Shown here: piece by piece, positions 1 to 50,005 of the stretch
Numbering within the stretch: position 1 is the stretch's first letter
How the letters are laid out: each line of letters starts with the position of its first letter
NCBI GenBank assembly: GCA_012295275.1
Contig: CM022676.1
Span: 18,849,517-18,913,516, forward strand
Length of the DNA: 64,000 bases
Reading direction: 5' to 3'
Source of the DNA: Chrysomallon squamiferum
Taxonomy: Eukaryota; Animalia; Mollusca
Notes under the pieces: model-generated
What the model was told of the DNA's origin: nothing
The model's input: only the letters and a program-made list of their open reading frames with translations
Database searches by the model: none
Made by a program: the position numbers and the translations under genes

Positions 1-421
1 GTGAAATTTTAACAAAACTTATGTATATAGTATAATAAAAGTTACATATATGCCACAATAAATTTAAGTTGTTTACTGCAACAAAATTAACATTACCTTA
101 AGAAAATTAACACACACACACACACACTATAAAACAAAATATAATTTTTTAATCTATTTTCTTTTTCAACAAAATTTATGTAATAACTACAAGAAAATTA
201 ACGTAGTTATCATTATAAAATAATTTTCGTTTTTATCATAACTACAACGAAAGTAACGTATTTATCATTAGAAGGAAAACTGACGTATTTACCATTAGAA
301 GGAAAACTGACGTATTTATCATTAGAAGGAAAACTGACGATTATTATTATTCTAACTAAACTAACGTACTGTTTCAACAAGGACTTTTAACAACGTGTTT
401 ATAACAACACAGTTAGTGAAT

Positions 422-17667
<17,246 letters not shown>

Positions 17668-17679
17668 TTTTCACAACTA

Positions 17680-18340
17680 TCAATCAGACAGACGATTTTC
17701 AACGCTTTTTCTTGAAATAACTGCCGGAAATTCGACCTTAACGAAAACCAGTCCAAGCGCATCATAACCGCGCAGCCCATGAAATCTTCGTTTGATTTCG
17801 TACTATTTCGTACTGTTATTTACAGTTATTGATCGAGTTCGAGCGATAGAGATGTTGAGCGTTCATTTGGTTTAAAATTTACTTATTTATTTATTTTTAT
17901 CAGTCTTCGGTTATTTATTTTCCGATATAATATTACAAAAACAAAATGAAATAAAATAAAATAATTATCTTTCTCATTTAACTGATAAAAGTAGAATATT
18001 GGCATATTAAAACGAATATTCAAAATATTTCTTATTTATTTATTTATTTACTTATTTATTTATCTATCTATTAGTTCACTGGTTTAGTTATTTGTTTATA
18101 ATTCTTCGTTGCTCTTACTCCTTGTTGAAATGCTGAAAATATGTACAGTTCTACTTATTATAAAAATTAGTAATAACCACTTGAACTATATAATTGCGGA
18201 CGGCTAATTCCGGTTATTTCCGATTGTGAAATCCTGTTCACCGAAACATCACGATCAATGCTGATATACTAAGAACCATAACCGCGTTTGGAATATTTGA
18301 AAATAAAAACTGCCTGAAACCGGAACCAGACGAGACACAG
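17680..18340. promoter_or_regulatory. probable bidirectional promoter between the pogo-derived gene (-) and the Myb/SANT gene (+)
   Basis: Head-to-head starts (ATG 17667 minus, ATG 19077 plus), locally more CpG, several CCGGAA/TTCCGG ETS-like motifs (about 17724, 18208, 18320). Confidence 0.45.
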
Positions 18341-18703
18341 TTTATGTTTATTTGTAAGTTATCTTGGTTATTTCTTCTTATTAATAATTTATCTTTTGAT
18401 GACATTTATTTACCTAACTTTGAATTTTGTTTTATGTTCTTGATCAGATATATTTGATCGAATATCTAAAACATAGAAACAGAAGCAATTGATATTTGAA
18501 TGCGATTACTGACGGAATCTGAAACGAGTTGTATGAAAATGGCTCCTTTCAACTATTTTTAGTTTGGTCATGTGACAGGAAACATAGTAAAAGTATAATG
18601 TCACTAAGAGAGAAAAGGTTCTTAAATCTAAACTGCTTGAAGTAATGAATAAATAATTCGGTTAATAGTAGTAGCAGTAGTAGTAGTAGTAGTACTTGTA
18701 TTA

Positions 18704-18746
<43 letters not shown>

Positions 18747-18809
18747 AAATAATGTATCTATAACTACGTGTCTCTCTCAATGAAATTACATGAGCTGTAA
18801 ACTGAAACT

Positions 18810-18876
<67 letters not shown>

Positions 18877-19076
18877 AAAACGGGGGGTTGCAAATACACA
18901 CACATGCACTTACACTCAGTAAAAAACTTATAATTTTAACATATTGCTCGCAGTAGGATAATTATTTTAAACGTTCATTTTCAGACACAAAATAACGTCT
19001 GAACATCTTCTTTATGGAGGGAGTAGCTTCTCGGTGGTTATCTAGATGTGTTTTGATCGAATAACAAGCGGAACCC

Positions 19077-20920
<1,844 letters not shown>

Positions 20921-21953
20921 TAATAAAAAAATCTTTAAAAAGAGAAAGTGAAAAATAATAATATTTTTATGAGTAGACGAACTCGAATCGCTGACTTCAC
21001 CTATTCTGGATGTTAGATTACTTCTGCAGCTGCCTTATTTGAATTATATCCCGTTCCAAACAGTGTTTCTATGACTTGATATAGTTATGTCGCGCGATCT
21101 GCTTCGTGGACTGTGAAAACAGGATTTTAAAAAATCCACAAGTGTGGAAATGTAATTAAGACTTTGTCGCAAAACTACCAGAGTGTCTGGTACCAGGCAA
21201 CTCAAACTTTTAATTCAGTTGATACAGGACTGTGTCTTTAACAGCTAGTTTACACATGAGATACCTTTCAATTGTACTGTTTATTGTGACAATTCATCTC
21301 ATATAAAGCTATTAGCATTCAGAGACACTCCAGGAGCCGTAGCAAACATTCTGAAAATAGTCGGGAAGAGGGAGAGAAGGAGAGAATTCAGATACAAGCT
21401 GAACACATTTCTTGTTTTGGCATCAGAAAATGACAATTTTCTGTTTTCACAAACCTAAATAGGGCCTCAACATCTTCCGTCTGTTGATTACATCTTCATA
21501 CCAGGCAACTGGTAAACATTAAACCTTAATAGGGCCTCTGTTATTACTATTTCTGTTGGTGCTCGGTCACGTGACAGTTGCAGCTCACAAAGTGAGCGAG
21601 GTAGGTGATTATCTTCTCCAACTGTGTCCCTGAATCAATAAATCGTGAAAAACAAAAGCAAACTATTATCACCTTTTTGAAGTTCAATCTATTACTGTCT
21701 TACAGCTTTTTTTTCAAACATCTACTGGGTTTACTGTATTTAAAGTGCGAGAATTAGCTGAGGTTCGTCATTTTCTGCAAACCCCAGTTTTGCATTATTC
21801 ACTTTAATTATTAATGTTAAATACAAATTTGTATGTACATAATTAACGAGAGCAATTAGTATACATGCTTGTAAAATGTTGCTCTTATCAATTTCGTAAT
21901 CTTTATGATATGATCCATATACATCTGTTGCATCTCAGTGAATGTAGTATACA

Positions 21954-22700
21954 GATTTAAAGGTGTGGGAGTTGATTTAAAGGTGTGGGAGTTGATTTAA
22001 AGGTGTGGGAGTTGATTTAAAGGTGTAGGAGTTGATTTAAAGGTGTAGGAGTTGATTTAAAGGTGTAGGAGTGTTGATTTAAAGGTGTAGGAGTTGACTT
22101 AAAGGTGTAGGAGTTGATTTAAAGGTGTAGGAGTGTTGATTTAAAGGTGTAGGAGTTGATTTAAAGGTGTAGGAGTGTTGATTTAAAGGTGTAGGAGTTG
22201 ATTTAAAGGTGTAGGAGTGTTGATTTAAAGGTGTATGAGTGTTGATTTAAAGGTGTAGGAGTTGATTTAAAGGTGTATGAGTGTTGATTTAAAGGTGTAG
22301 GAGTTGATTTAAAGGTGTAGGAGTGTTGATTTAAAGGTGTATGAGTGTTGATTTAAAGGTGTAGGAGTGTTGATTTAAAGGTGTAGGAGTTGACTTAAAG
22401 GTGTAGGAGTTGATTTAAAGGTGTATGAGTGTTGATTTAAAGGTGTAGGAGTTGATTTAAAGGTGTATGAGTGTTGATTTAAAGGTGTAGGAGTTGATTT
22501 AAAGGTGTATGAGTGTTGATTTAAAGGTGTAGGAGTTGATTTAAAGGTGTATGAGTGTTGATTTAAAGGTGTAGGAGTTGATTTAAAGGTGTATGAGTGT
22601 TGATTTAAAGGTGTAGGAGTTGATTTAAAGGTGTAGGAGTTGATTTAAAGGTGTAGGAGTGTAGATTTAAAGGTGTAGATGTGTAGATTTAAAGGTGTAG
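21954..22700. repeat. 20/22-bp minisatellite
   Basis: GATTTAAAGGTGTAGGAGT(GT)T repeated about 35 times. Confidence 0.95.
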
Positions 22701-23759
22701 GAATGTTGGTGATCTATATATTGCTCTTTGAGAAAATAAATAAATAAATAAATAAAAATAAAATAATAATATATACTACCAATAATAAATAAAGAAAACA
22801 CTGTGATCTAAAAGACACATTTATTTCTCAAAGATAAAACGTTACGTTACGTACGTTTATTTTGTTATGGCTGGACATACGTTTTTATGTTTCAAATTTT
22901 GAATCACCATGCAAACCATTAAAGTGTTATTTTAACAACCTTCTTGAAGGCCCCAAAGTTCTGGCATGGAAATGTCTTGTTTCCAGTGCACTGTTTGACA
23001 CGTCTTGCCAAATCACAATTTTTACTGAAGGACCTTTTGCATACTTTGTATTTGATTGCGAAATGCACCTGGATAGAGTCTCGCCGATGATATCGTTTGT
23101 TGCAGATAAACTGATATTTTTTGGAGTGAGTTTTAATAACGTAGTTTCAGACCCCACTTGGAGTTGTACCTGCCACCACGTTCCTCACACTCGACGTTGT
23201 GGACGCTAAGTCTGTGACCTCTCGTTTGTTCCGCTGTCTCAGACGTCTGGGAACAGCTACAACGTGTCAGCTCCTGGCCACTGTGTTTCAGTCGGACGCG
23301 ACGTTTGTAGTTTACTGCATCCACAACGACAGCTGTAAGATTTAACAGGTCGATTAACAGATTTCTTTAACTGGCGGAGGCTTTAAATCCTGGATGCTCT
23401 GATTGGTCCAGTAAAACCCCCAGATTTTCACCTGTCTCTGATAATCCACGTCATCTGTGACATAAAATTAAACTCTGTTACTACGTGAATGAAGCCTGTT
23501 TAGAATCTGACAAGTGTGTGTAAAATTTAAACTAAATTAATTATAAAATATTAATTGGCAGAATAGCATTTACTGGACTGAATACGTGCCTCCATATACT
23601 TATATATATATATTTTATTATATAGATAAACTGATTGAGCACCAAAACAGCAAAACGCTGATAAACCACACGTTGTACACCGATCAGCCACACTCCGAAC
23701 ACAGCTGAAGTCTCACTTTTTAGCAGGAACTAACTCACATGTGTCTCCTTAACGTTAAT

Positions 23760-24205
23760 ATGCTTTCATGTAAACATACCAAACTTTCATGTAAACATAC
23801 CAAACTTTCATGTAAACATACCGAACTTTCATGTAAACATACCGAACTTCCATGTAAACATGCCAAACTTCCATGTAAACATGCCAAACTTCCATGTAAA
23901 CATGCTAAACTTTCATGTAAACATACCAAACTTTCATGTAAACATACCGAACTTTCATGTAAACATACCGAACTTCCATGTAAACATACCAAACTTTGAT
24001 GTAAACATACCGAACTTTCATGTAAACATACCAAACTTTCATGTAAACATACCAAACTTCCATGTAAACATGCCAAACTTCCATGTAAACATACCAAACA
24101 TTCATGTAAACATACCAAACTTTCATGTAAACATACCAAACATTCATGTAAACATACCAAACATTCATGTAAACATACCAAACTTTCATGCAAACATGTC
24201 AAACT
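23760..24205. repeat. 21-bp minisatellite, about 21 copies
   Basis: Unit AAACTTTCATGTAAACATACC. Confidence 0.95.
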
Positions 24206-24737
24206 TTGTAGTCGTGTGTTTAGGTATTTCAGCTAACTCTCTCTCTGTGTATTATTTAACATATTCATTTCTGTTATTTGACTGGTGACGACTTTTTCGT
24301 AAAAGTAACCGTCATCAGTTTCACTTAATTATTATGTACAGTTCGGTGCTTAGGAACCAATTTTTCAACAGGCCACACACATTTGTTGTTCTGTATAATA
24401 AATTGCTAGTTTATAAGCACGAAGTAGATATGAGTAGACATAATTAATTTCAAACTTAACAAAACAACTTCACCTACCCACAGACGCAAAACGAGCTCCT
24501 TCGTTGTAAATGTCACGTGATCGACCACCAACAGTTAACGTCCTTGATTACATGTTACACCCAGTGTTATTTTTATTATGTTTATATTTCTGTTGCGTTG
24601 AACAAATACTGTGTTTTTAACTCATGTAAATAACAAGCTGTTGTTTTGTTTCCTTGACAATGGTTACTAAAGATAGCCGAAATAAAAAAAAAAAAAAAAG
24701 AAACAAACGAAAATATTGTTATTATTTGTTTAACTCT

Positions 24738-24846
<109 letters not shown>

Positions 24847-25467
24847 AAGGTACTTACCCGTACCTCAGTACAGTATCTGTTTTAGTTTGCTGTGTTAGCC
24901 TGGATGACAATACAGATAACGTCAAAGATTATCTATACATTATTTGTCGCCTGAATTACTAGAACTGTTAAATAAAAAATTAGTACATAAACAAATAAGG
25001 AAAAAACAAAATCTAATCATAGACATATAAAAAAATACCCAGAAAAAAAAAAAAAAAAAAAAAAAAAAAAACGATGATAATAATAAAAAAATAAAATAAA
25101 AACAAAAACAAAAACGAAAAAAAAAAAAGAAAAGAAAATAAAGAAATGCAAACATTCCATATAAAATTTATATTTTGGTTAAAATATTTGTTTCGGTTTC
25201 TAAAAGTGAACTATTTGATATTACACGGTCACAGACGTTATCAGACAGAGGGGGAGTGTGGGAGTGGAGGGTGATATTACGTCGTTAAGAGTAATGAATG
25301 GAGTTTTCCCACACCTCTCGCTAGCTGATATGTTAGATAACAGTATATTCTTTCTTTCGTTCTTTCTTTCTTTCAATTCATTTTCCTTATTTATCCTTTT
25401 CTTCCTCTCTGTGATTGATGCTGTTGTTATTCTGCTAACTGAAAGTCATCTTTCATCTTTGACCAGT

Positions 25468-25530
<63 letters not shown>

Positions 25531-25838
25531 TCAGTCTGTATCGTTTTTCTTTTTTGTTTTTAATTATTATGTATTTGTGTGTGTGTGTGTGTGTGTGTGT
25601 TTTTTTCTTTATTAACTAATCTGTTTCTTTATAATTTTATGAAGAGAATTACTAAAATAACAAAAATTAAAAAAATTATAATAATAATATAAGAAAAAAA
25701 AAAATAAGAAAGAAAAGAAATGGTAACAAAAGTAAGCACCCAGATAAGATCTATATAACAACAGCAACAATTATAGCAGGAATAATAACAACAAAAATAA
25801 CAATTGTAACAATAAAATGATGACGATGATCATGTTAA

Positions 25839-25910
<72 letters not shown>

Positions 25911-26086
25911 TTTGTGTAATTTCCATAATCTTATCATAAATCGTGGCTTGTATCATGGGGATTTTAACACGTGCCGACAATTTAAAAAAAAATAAAAAAT
26001 AAAAAATAAAAAAAAGATAAATACTATTATATTTCTAACGACAAACTGCATTTTCACTTCGTCTGTAGCCTGTTAACATAGTCGCA

Positions 26087-31344
<5,258 letters not shown>

Positions 31345-31599
31345 TCGTGTTAGATCGCTATAACAGTAAGTTTGCATACATTAATTAATATAACTAGACC
31401 AATACATACATACATACATAAATACATATATATATACATACATACATAAATACATATATATATACATACATACAAACATACATATATATGTGTGTATGTA
31501 TATATATACATAAAAGAGATATTTGTTCATAAACACATTTATATTTTATGCTACAAATTTATATTCTCACACACAGACACACACACCCATACAGAAACG

Positions 31600-31753
<154 letters not shown>

Positions 31754-32150
31754 TACATACGGATTGAAAATACACTGGTATAATGTATAGTGTGTTTATT
31801 TTGACAGATATACGAGTTGAAATATTTGTCTCAGCTAGCAACGAAGACGTTTAAATATTTTTATCTTTTACTCTTGACTCTCTGATTAGATCTTGATACC
31901 GAAATAAACTTCACCTGACATAATTTTCTTGTTTTTATTCTGGGGAACATTTTTATCTATCTGATGAGCTTGAACTGTGTAATCGAGTTTCAGTCTCTGT
32001 TTATTTCTTTTCACCTCAGTTTGTTACAGAAAATAATAATAATAATAATAATGATAATAATAATAATAATAATAATAATAAAAGAAGAAGAAGAAGAAGA
32101 AGAAAAAGATCAACAACAACAACAACAAAGATAGCAATAACAATAACTAT

Positions 32151-32201
<51 letters not shown>

Positions 32202-32289
32202 AACATCAGCTATAACAATTTGTCATTTGTTTGTCGTCGTAATAATAGTAGTAACAATAACAATAATTTAACGCAGATGATGATGAGAA

Positions 32290-32324
<35 letters not shown>

Positions 32325-32903
32325 ATCTGTATATGCATATTAAAAATATATAAGTATGGTAAAGATACTGATATATTAATAAGGATCAGAGACCTGCAAA
32401 GCGTATTAATCCAGCTGTACAAACAGTGTATGCTAACTAGGAGCACAAAATAAATAAATAAACAAATAAATACATAAATAAATAAATCAATAAATAAATA
32501 AATAATAATAATAAAAATAAATAATAAAATAAAAATTAAATAAATAAATAATAGTAATAATAACACAATAAATAATAAAACAAATAAATAAAATAAGAAT
32601 AAAATAAATAAATAATATACTACAATACTGTGTTGCGTGATGCACTGTCTACTGTATTATATTGTATATTACAGTGTTGTTTTCTGATCTACTATTTGGT
32701 TTTAAGAAGTCTTGTTACGGTACACATAGTGAAATCGTGACTAGGTGTAGACAAACTAGTTAAGAGTTGAAAAAGAGGCTTGGCTAAGTGGATCAGGCTA
32801 AAACAGAAACGTGCGCTTTTTATGACGTCATAGATTAGATAAAAACGAAAAAAGCACGTAGAAAAAATTTCTGACTCAAAGTGACCTTTTAGCTTTTTCG
32901 TAG

Positions 32904-32971
<68 letters not shown>

Positions 32972-33429
32972 GATTGTGTGTGTGCGTATAGTTAGGTCGC
33001 ATGCTTATATATGTGTGTATTTTATACGTATGTGCGTATATGTATACTCGTACGTATGCATGTATGTATGAATCAGTGTGTTTCTATGTGCATGCGTGCG
33101 TATGCCTGGGTATCTGTGTGCATTTGCAAAATCGAATTTTCCCTGTTATCAGTAAATAAAAGCAGTCTTCAGAAAAAATAAAAAAATGAAAAATAAAAAA
33201 ATAATAATAATAAAGAAGAAAAAGTAGAAGAAGAAAATTGACAAAAAGCTAAACTAACAATAATAACAGAATTAACAGAAAGAACAACAACAGCTACTAC
33301 AACTACTACAACAACAACAACAACAACAACTACTACTACAACAACAACTACTACTACTACTACTACTACTGCGGGTGTAATCGGAACCAAAATTATTATA
33401 GCTGTAGAGTACGTTGTTTCTTTGTTTGT

Positions 33430-33655
33430 CGTAATAAATAATTAACAACGTCATGACTGACATCATTGTTTTCATTGTTATCTAATGTAATAAATAATTA
33501 ACAACGTCATGACTGACGTCATTGTTTTCAGTGTTTTCCAATGTAGTAAATAATTAACAACGTCATGACTGACATCATTGTTTTCAGTGTTTTCCAATGT
33601 AGTAAATAATTAACAACGTCATGACTGACATCATTGTTTTCATTGTTTTCTAATT
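33430..33655. repeat. 56-bp tandem repeat x4
   Basis: GTA(A/G)TAAATAATTAACAACGTCATGACTGACATCATTGTTTTCA.. at about 33431, 33487, 33543, 33599. Confidence 0.85.
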
Positions 33656-34234
33656 TAAGTACTGCCTCCATCTTCACGAGATGGAGACTATTCAACCTTT
33701 TAAAAGTTTATTTTTTAAATTATTATTATTTATTTTATTGTACTGTAGGGAGACGAGAATATAAACGTTAAGTAAATAGAACTGCCCGCTGTGTCTAACA
33801 GCAGAGATGAAGCCATGACGACGACTGCTACAACAAAAACAACAACAACAACAACACAGTAATAAAAATGTTTAAATAATGATGATGATGATGATGATAA
33901 CAAAACAACAATAATAAAAACATGTTTTTTATGATGATGATACCAGCAACAATAATAAAACAGTGACTGCAACAATAATAATAATAACAACAACAACGAC
34001 ATCATTAATAACAACAACAAAAATACTGCTACTACTGTAATAATAATAATAATAATAATATCAACAACAACAGTGGCAACGACAACAGTACAAATGACAA
34101 TGACAACAACTATAACAATAACAACAAATAATAATAATAATAATAATAAATAATAATAATAACAACAATAATAATAATAATAACAAATAATAATAATAAA
34201 TAATAATAAATAATAATAACAATAATATTAACAA

Positions 34235-34288
<54 letters not shown>

Positions 34289-34301
34289 AATAATAATAAT
34301 A

Positions 34302-34416
<115 letters not shown>

Positions 34417-34595
34417 TAATAATAATAATAATGATAATCGGTATACGTTATCGCTAATCGTGTTTGACACATATGGCGTGTGGTGTCTGAGAAAATAAAC
34501 AGATGACGTTTTTATTTCAGAAATAAAAAAAAAGTATTTATAGCTGTCGTCTAAAACTCACCTTTATTCATTTGTAGCTTACAAAGAGGATCAAA

Positions 34596-42343
<7,748 letters not shown>

Positions 42344-43479
42344 GCGAGACTGTCAGATGCAGACAGACTTTGTGACTGTTCAGACTAAACTCGTGTAAAT
42401 AAAGTTTACTAACACACGTTTCCCATCGTCATTTATTTACTTATTGATAGCTTCTGCTAATGTTGCCGCTGCTACTGCTTAGACTACTTCTACTACTGTT
42501 ATTACTACTTCGACAATTATTACTACTACATTTACTACAACTATTACGTCTACTACTATTACAGCTACTACCATTATTACTACAATCACTACTACTACAC
42601 TTATTAAACCTATTTCTAGTGTTGTTACTACTATTATTACTATTGCTGCTACTGTTACTACTACTACTTGCATCATTAATAATATTTTTACGACTACTAT
42701 TACAACTATTACCATTACTATAATAAGTAGAATTACTACTATTAATTCTAGTACTATCTTCTAATACTTCAGTACGACTATTATTATAATTTCTACATCT
42801 GCTTTGTATTATTATTGCTATAGAAGAAGAATTACAATACAAAATGTCAACAACGACAATAATAATTATAACAGTCAGAGTGGTTGTAACGTTGCTAATA
42901 ATGATAACACCACCGACAACGACATGGTAATAATGATGACAATAAAAATAACAACATAAAATAACTACATCGTCAACACCAACATCAAACAGAGCAACGT
43001 CAGTAACACCAGTAATAAAATGACGTAGTTACAATGATGACAGTAGCAACAAACACCAGAGCGTAAAACAATGACAACAGGACAAGATAACAACAACAAC
43101 AGCGAAGACACTGACAGCACAAACAAATTAACAAAAACACCTGAGAATCACTCGTCTATATATATTGCGACTTGTTCATCTCTGACTAGACTGAATTCTA
43201 GGGAAGGGAATTTTTTTTTTTAGCTATTCATAGTTACCTAGATCTTAGGGGCTCGAATGATTAAATGTCCTTTGCACCCCAGAAATTGACTAAAATACTC
43301 GAAAGCCCAGCCTCGGTTTCATACAGCCATACATTTATAGATAGATAGATAGATAGAAAGAAAGATAGATAAATATATACAAATACAGATATAGATATCT
43401 CTCTCTCTCTCTCTGTCTCACTATCTCTCTGTCTCTCTGTCTCACTCTCTCTCTCCCTCTCTCTCTCTGTCTCACTCTG

Positions 43480-43547
<68 letters not shown>

Positions 43548-43555
43548 TCTCTCAA

Positions 43556-43586
<31 letters not shown>

Positions 43587-44638
43587 CTCTCTCTCTATGT
43601 ATATATATATATATATATATAAATATATATATATAAAGAGAGACAGAGAGAGAGACAGAGGCAGAGCTAGACAGAGAGACAGAGAAAGAGAGACAGAGAA
43701 AGAAAGACAGAGAGAAACACAGAGAGACAGACAGAGAGACAGAGACAGAGAGAGACATAGACAGAGAGAGACAGAGATATACATAGAAAGGGAGAGAGAC
43801 AGAGAGAGCCATAGACAGAGAGAGCCATAGACAGAGAGAGAGACAGAGACAGATAGAAAGACAGAGAGAGACAGAGACAGAGAGAGATAGAGAGACAGAG
43901 AAAGAGAGACAGAGAGAGACAGAGACAGAGAGACAGAGAAAGAGAGGCAGACAGAGAGACAGAGACAGAGAGAGACAGAGACAGAGAGAGACATAGAAAG
44001 GGAGAGAGACAGAGAGATACATAGACAGAGAGAGAGACAGAGAGAGACGTAGAGAGATACAGAGACAGAGAGAGACAGAGACAGAGAGAAACAGAGAGAG
44101 ACAGAGAGAGACAGAGAGAGATTGTATTCATCAGAAAGAAAGAAAGTATTAACTTTTTCGTAACGCTTAACAACAGCGCGTCCAATGAAATCATTGTTAG
44201 GTCATTCTACTGTCGTAGATTAGTAACGTGACCTCAAGTATGATGTTATTTCAAAATATTTTAATAAACGGCATTGTTACTGGGAAAATGCACTTACTGT
44301 ACAAAATGAACTTTTTGTTCTAATGAAGTAAAACATGAATTATCTACAGTTATCAGATAAAGTCGTTCCCATAGCGACACGTGCGTGCGTCACACAGCAG
44401 AAGAGATTAAGTGAAGAACGAATGAATTACTGAGTGAACGAAAGAACGAATTAAAAGGTGAATTATATGAATTAATAAAATAACGCACGAGCACGTGGTA
44501 TATGAAATAATGAATTCGTAAAAGAAATAATTAAACGAATGTAAGAATAAATAAAATGAGTAAATGAACGAACGAAAGGATGAGTGAACGAATGAAGGAA
44601 TGAGAGAACGAACGAAAAGAGTGAAATGTTTCTTGTAT

Positions 44639-44677
<39 letters not shown>

Positions 44678-45265
44678 TACACATGCATGCCTCATCTGTA
44701 ATGTTGTCAAATGGGTTACTTCTACAAATTAGCATTTACGGTTAACATACTAACCACGACCTGCAAATAAAACAGCCTGTGGAAAATATAACAGAACTTT
44801 CAAAATTTGTTTATATGATTTCATTTTATTTCATTTTTATTTTATTTTTCTTTCTTTCTTTCTTATATTATTTTATTTTAATTTTTATTTTTTATTTCTT
44901 TTTCTTTATTTTTATTTCTTTCCAACCATTTAACAGAAAAGTCATCTTTTTAGAAAAAAGAAAAATATCACACATAAGTTTTAAAAAGAGACAATTATCT
45001 TTAAGTTAAAACTGAAACTATGGAACATTTAGATAAAACTCTCAGCCCTTTTTTCAAAACGACTCTTTCAAAAACCAGGAGAAAAAATAAAAATGTTTAT
45101 CAAAGTCTCTTACAACATAAAAGACAAAAAACAAAAAATTCAGTTAAAAAAATATAAGATAAGTACAATAAAATAAACTAATCATATTTATGGTTAATTT
45201 TTTTTTTTTAAATTTAAGATAACTACAATAAAATAAAATAAAATAAAATAAAATAAAATAAAAAA

Positions 45266-45355
<90 letters not shown>

Positions 45356-45381
45356 GTACATGTAATATGAACCCGTTTTGC

Positions 45382-45415
<34 letters not shown>

Positions 45416-45482
45416 CCTTTGAGAACTTAAAAACATATTTAAGCTTTCCACACAGTGAAGCGTCCCAGTAAGAAATCTCGAG

Positions 45483-45633
45483 CCAATCACAGGAGAAGTC
45501 ACCCATGACAACAGAAACAATCCCACAGGGGAGAATGTGAAATGTGGGAGAGTAAAGAGGCTGGAATCGTGCTGGAGAAGACGTCAAAACATGAACGGGA
45601 ATTTGAACACCTGTTTCTCACACACCTATAAAA
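45483..45633 (+). promoter_or_regulatory. core promoter of precursor C (CCAAT + TATA)
   Basis: CCAAT at 45483 and TATAAAA at 45627, 63 nt upstream of ATG 45690. Confidence 0.55.
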
Positions 45634-45689
45634 CGTCGCGGAACCAACATGTGTCTCAGTTTGTGCACCGAGACACGAAACAAACAAAC

Positions 45690-47650
<1,961 letters not shown>

Positions 47651-48971
47651 AAACGGCAGAAAACCGATCTGGACGTCAGTGAATGTACAATGTCCATTTT
47701 GAACTTTTTCGCAAAATAAATATGTTATAAAACCATTGTATTGACATTATTGTTTTTTCTTTATTTCATTTCTTATTTGCTTTGTTTCCATCTTCTTCTT
47801 AATTTTTATATTATTAAACTATTTATTTGTTTATTATTTTGTTATTCAGTATATATAATATATATATTTTTTAATTATTTATTATATTGCAGGATATTTA
47901 TTTCCCCATCTTTCTTTCTTTATTTCTTTCTTTTTCTGAATACATTTTAATTTAATTTTTATTTTATTTTATCATTGTTTTTCTTTACCGATTTCGTAGC
48001 TTAAAAAATCCTACATCATCATCAGGTTCGTCATTATTTTCGTCATCATCATAATAATGAAAACATCATTACGAACAATAACTGAACTAGAACACTAACG
48101 TGATTATATTTTATTTAATTTTCACGACAAAAGGCGCGTGACATTAGATATGTTGCCAAGGTAATTAACTATGAAATGACGTCACATTATTAACAACATC
48201 TTTAATTAGTGAAATAAATAAATAAAATAATAAATAAATAAATAAATAAATAATGCTAATCCTTTCACAGTCACTGTGGATTAGCTGTATTAGTAGTACA
48301 AATTGTAGTAGTAGTAGTAGTAGCAGTAGTAGCAGCAGCAGCAGGAGCAGTGATGGTATTGTAATAGTAAGAGTACAAATAGTAGTACTAGCACAGCGAT
48401 AGTAGTAGTGAAAGTAGTAGTAGTAGTAGTCGCTATGGTGGTGGTTGTGGTCGTAGTAATTTTAATACTTTAAAAGCAGTGATGGTAGAATTTTACCAGT
48501 ACAAGTAGTGATAGTAGTAATGATTGTACACACAGTTTGATAATTAAAACGCTTGTCTGTGTTAACACAGCGATAAGCCCACATTAGCGGAACAAACAAC
48601 ATTCTTAAGTCGAGTGTCTTTTCAACCCTGTCAGCTCGCGGAACACAACCACAGTGCAGTTATCGCCCCTTGTCCTCTTAACTACACTGACGTCTAGTGG
48701 CAGTCTTTGCTGGAGAAGTTCAGAATGAAGAGGTGGCTGGTTATCTCAGGTCATTTCATTCAAGACTCGTGTAAACTGAGAAAAAAAGTGATGAGTTGGT
48801 GTTTGTGTTTCAGTTATCTGCTTCGATAGGACCTCAGTGAAGATAAACGACGTTCGGAAATGTTGTGTTTGTTTAAGTTTTATTTCTGGAACAAAGCTTG
48901 CCGCATGTGGATCTTATTAGTAGGTGCGTCCGAAATTAGAGGAGTAATTTGCAGAAAAGAACGAAGTCGTT

Positions 48972-49819
48972 ATGGATGTCGTCTTCTTTGTTGTCTTCGC
49001 TTTTGCGGGTATGTTATTATTTAGTTATTTGTTTATTATATTTTATTTGTTAAATTATATTGAAGAAGATTGTTGTTGTTTTCTTTCGTTCGTCCTTTCT
49101 TTTTAATGAAAAGATCAATCTTATCTCTCTTTCTTTTTTTTTATGAATTTATTTACATATTATCTATATGTATTATTTGGCTATTTTTCCATTATATTAT
49201 ATGATATTATATTATTGTATATTATCTATTTAAATGCATCATATATAACATACAATATTCTTATTTATTTATTATCTGTGCTATATATAGAGTGTTATAT
49301 TCTTATTTGTGTATTTATCAGTACAGTATATAACGTGTTGTACTGAGTATTATACACTTACGTGTTTATGTATTCGTGCTGTATACAAAGTGTACTTATA
49401 AACTAATTTGCATACAGCTGTCAGAACGTGTCGGTGTCAGAGTGTTGACGAGTTGTGTCAGTCGGCGCTCACCGTCGACTGTGAGGGGGGATACGTGCCC
49501 GAGGGGGACGAGACGCTCTGCGGGTCAGACAACAACACGTACACAAACCAGTGAGTACCCCGCCCGCTCTACAGACCACACGACACACATGCATATTGAA
49601 CGTTTAAGACAGACACTTACACATCCAGACACCTTACACATACATACACATACACATACAGACACTCACTCACGTATTTATCTTACACTTACACTACAGA
49701 TTACACTACAGTTTAAACAGGTAAATATTTACACATACAGACACTTACATATATTACTTGCTCGGCAGATACTGTTTAAACAGGTATTTAATATATTATA
49801 TGATATAATATCTCTCAGA

Positions 49820-49851
<32 letters not shown>

Positions 49852-49966
49852 ATGACTGAATCAATTGTTGTTGTAGTAATGACAATAATAGTAGTAGTAA
49901 TATTAACATCATCATCATCTTCACTTCTACAACTACTGTGACAATTATCATATATTATTTGTCAGC

Positions 49967-50005
<39 letters not shown>

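Noticed and set aside
23735-24288. Cys/His heptad ORF (CLHESLV)n resembling a metal-binding protein
   Set aside because: A 21-bp minisatellite open in several frames on both strands, with no supported gene structure.
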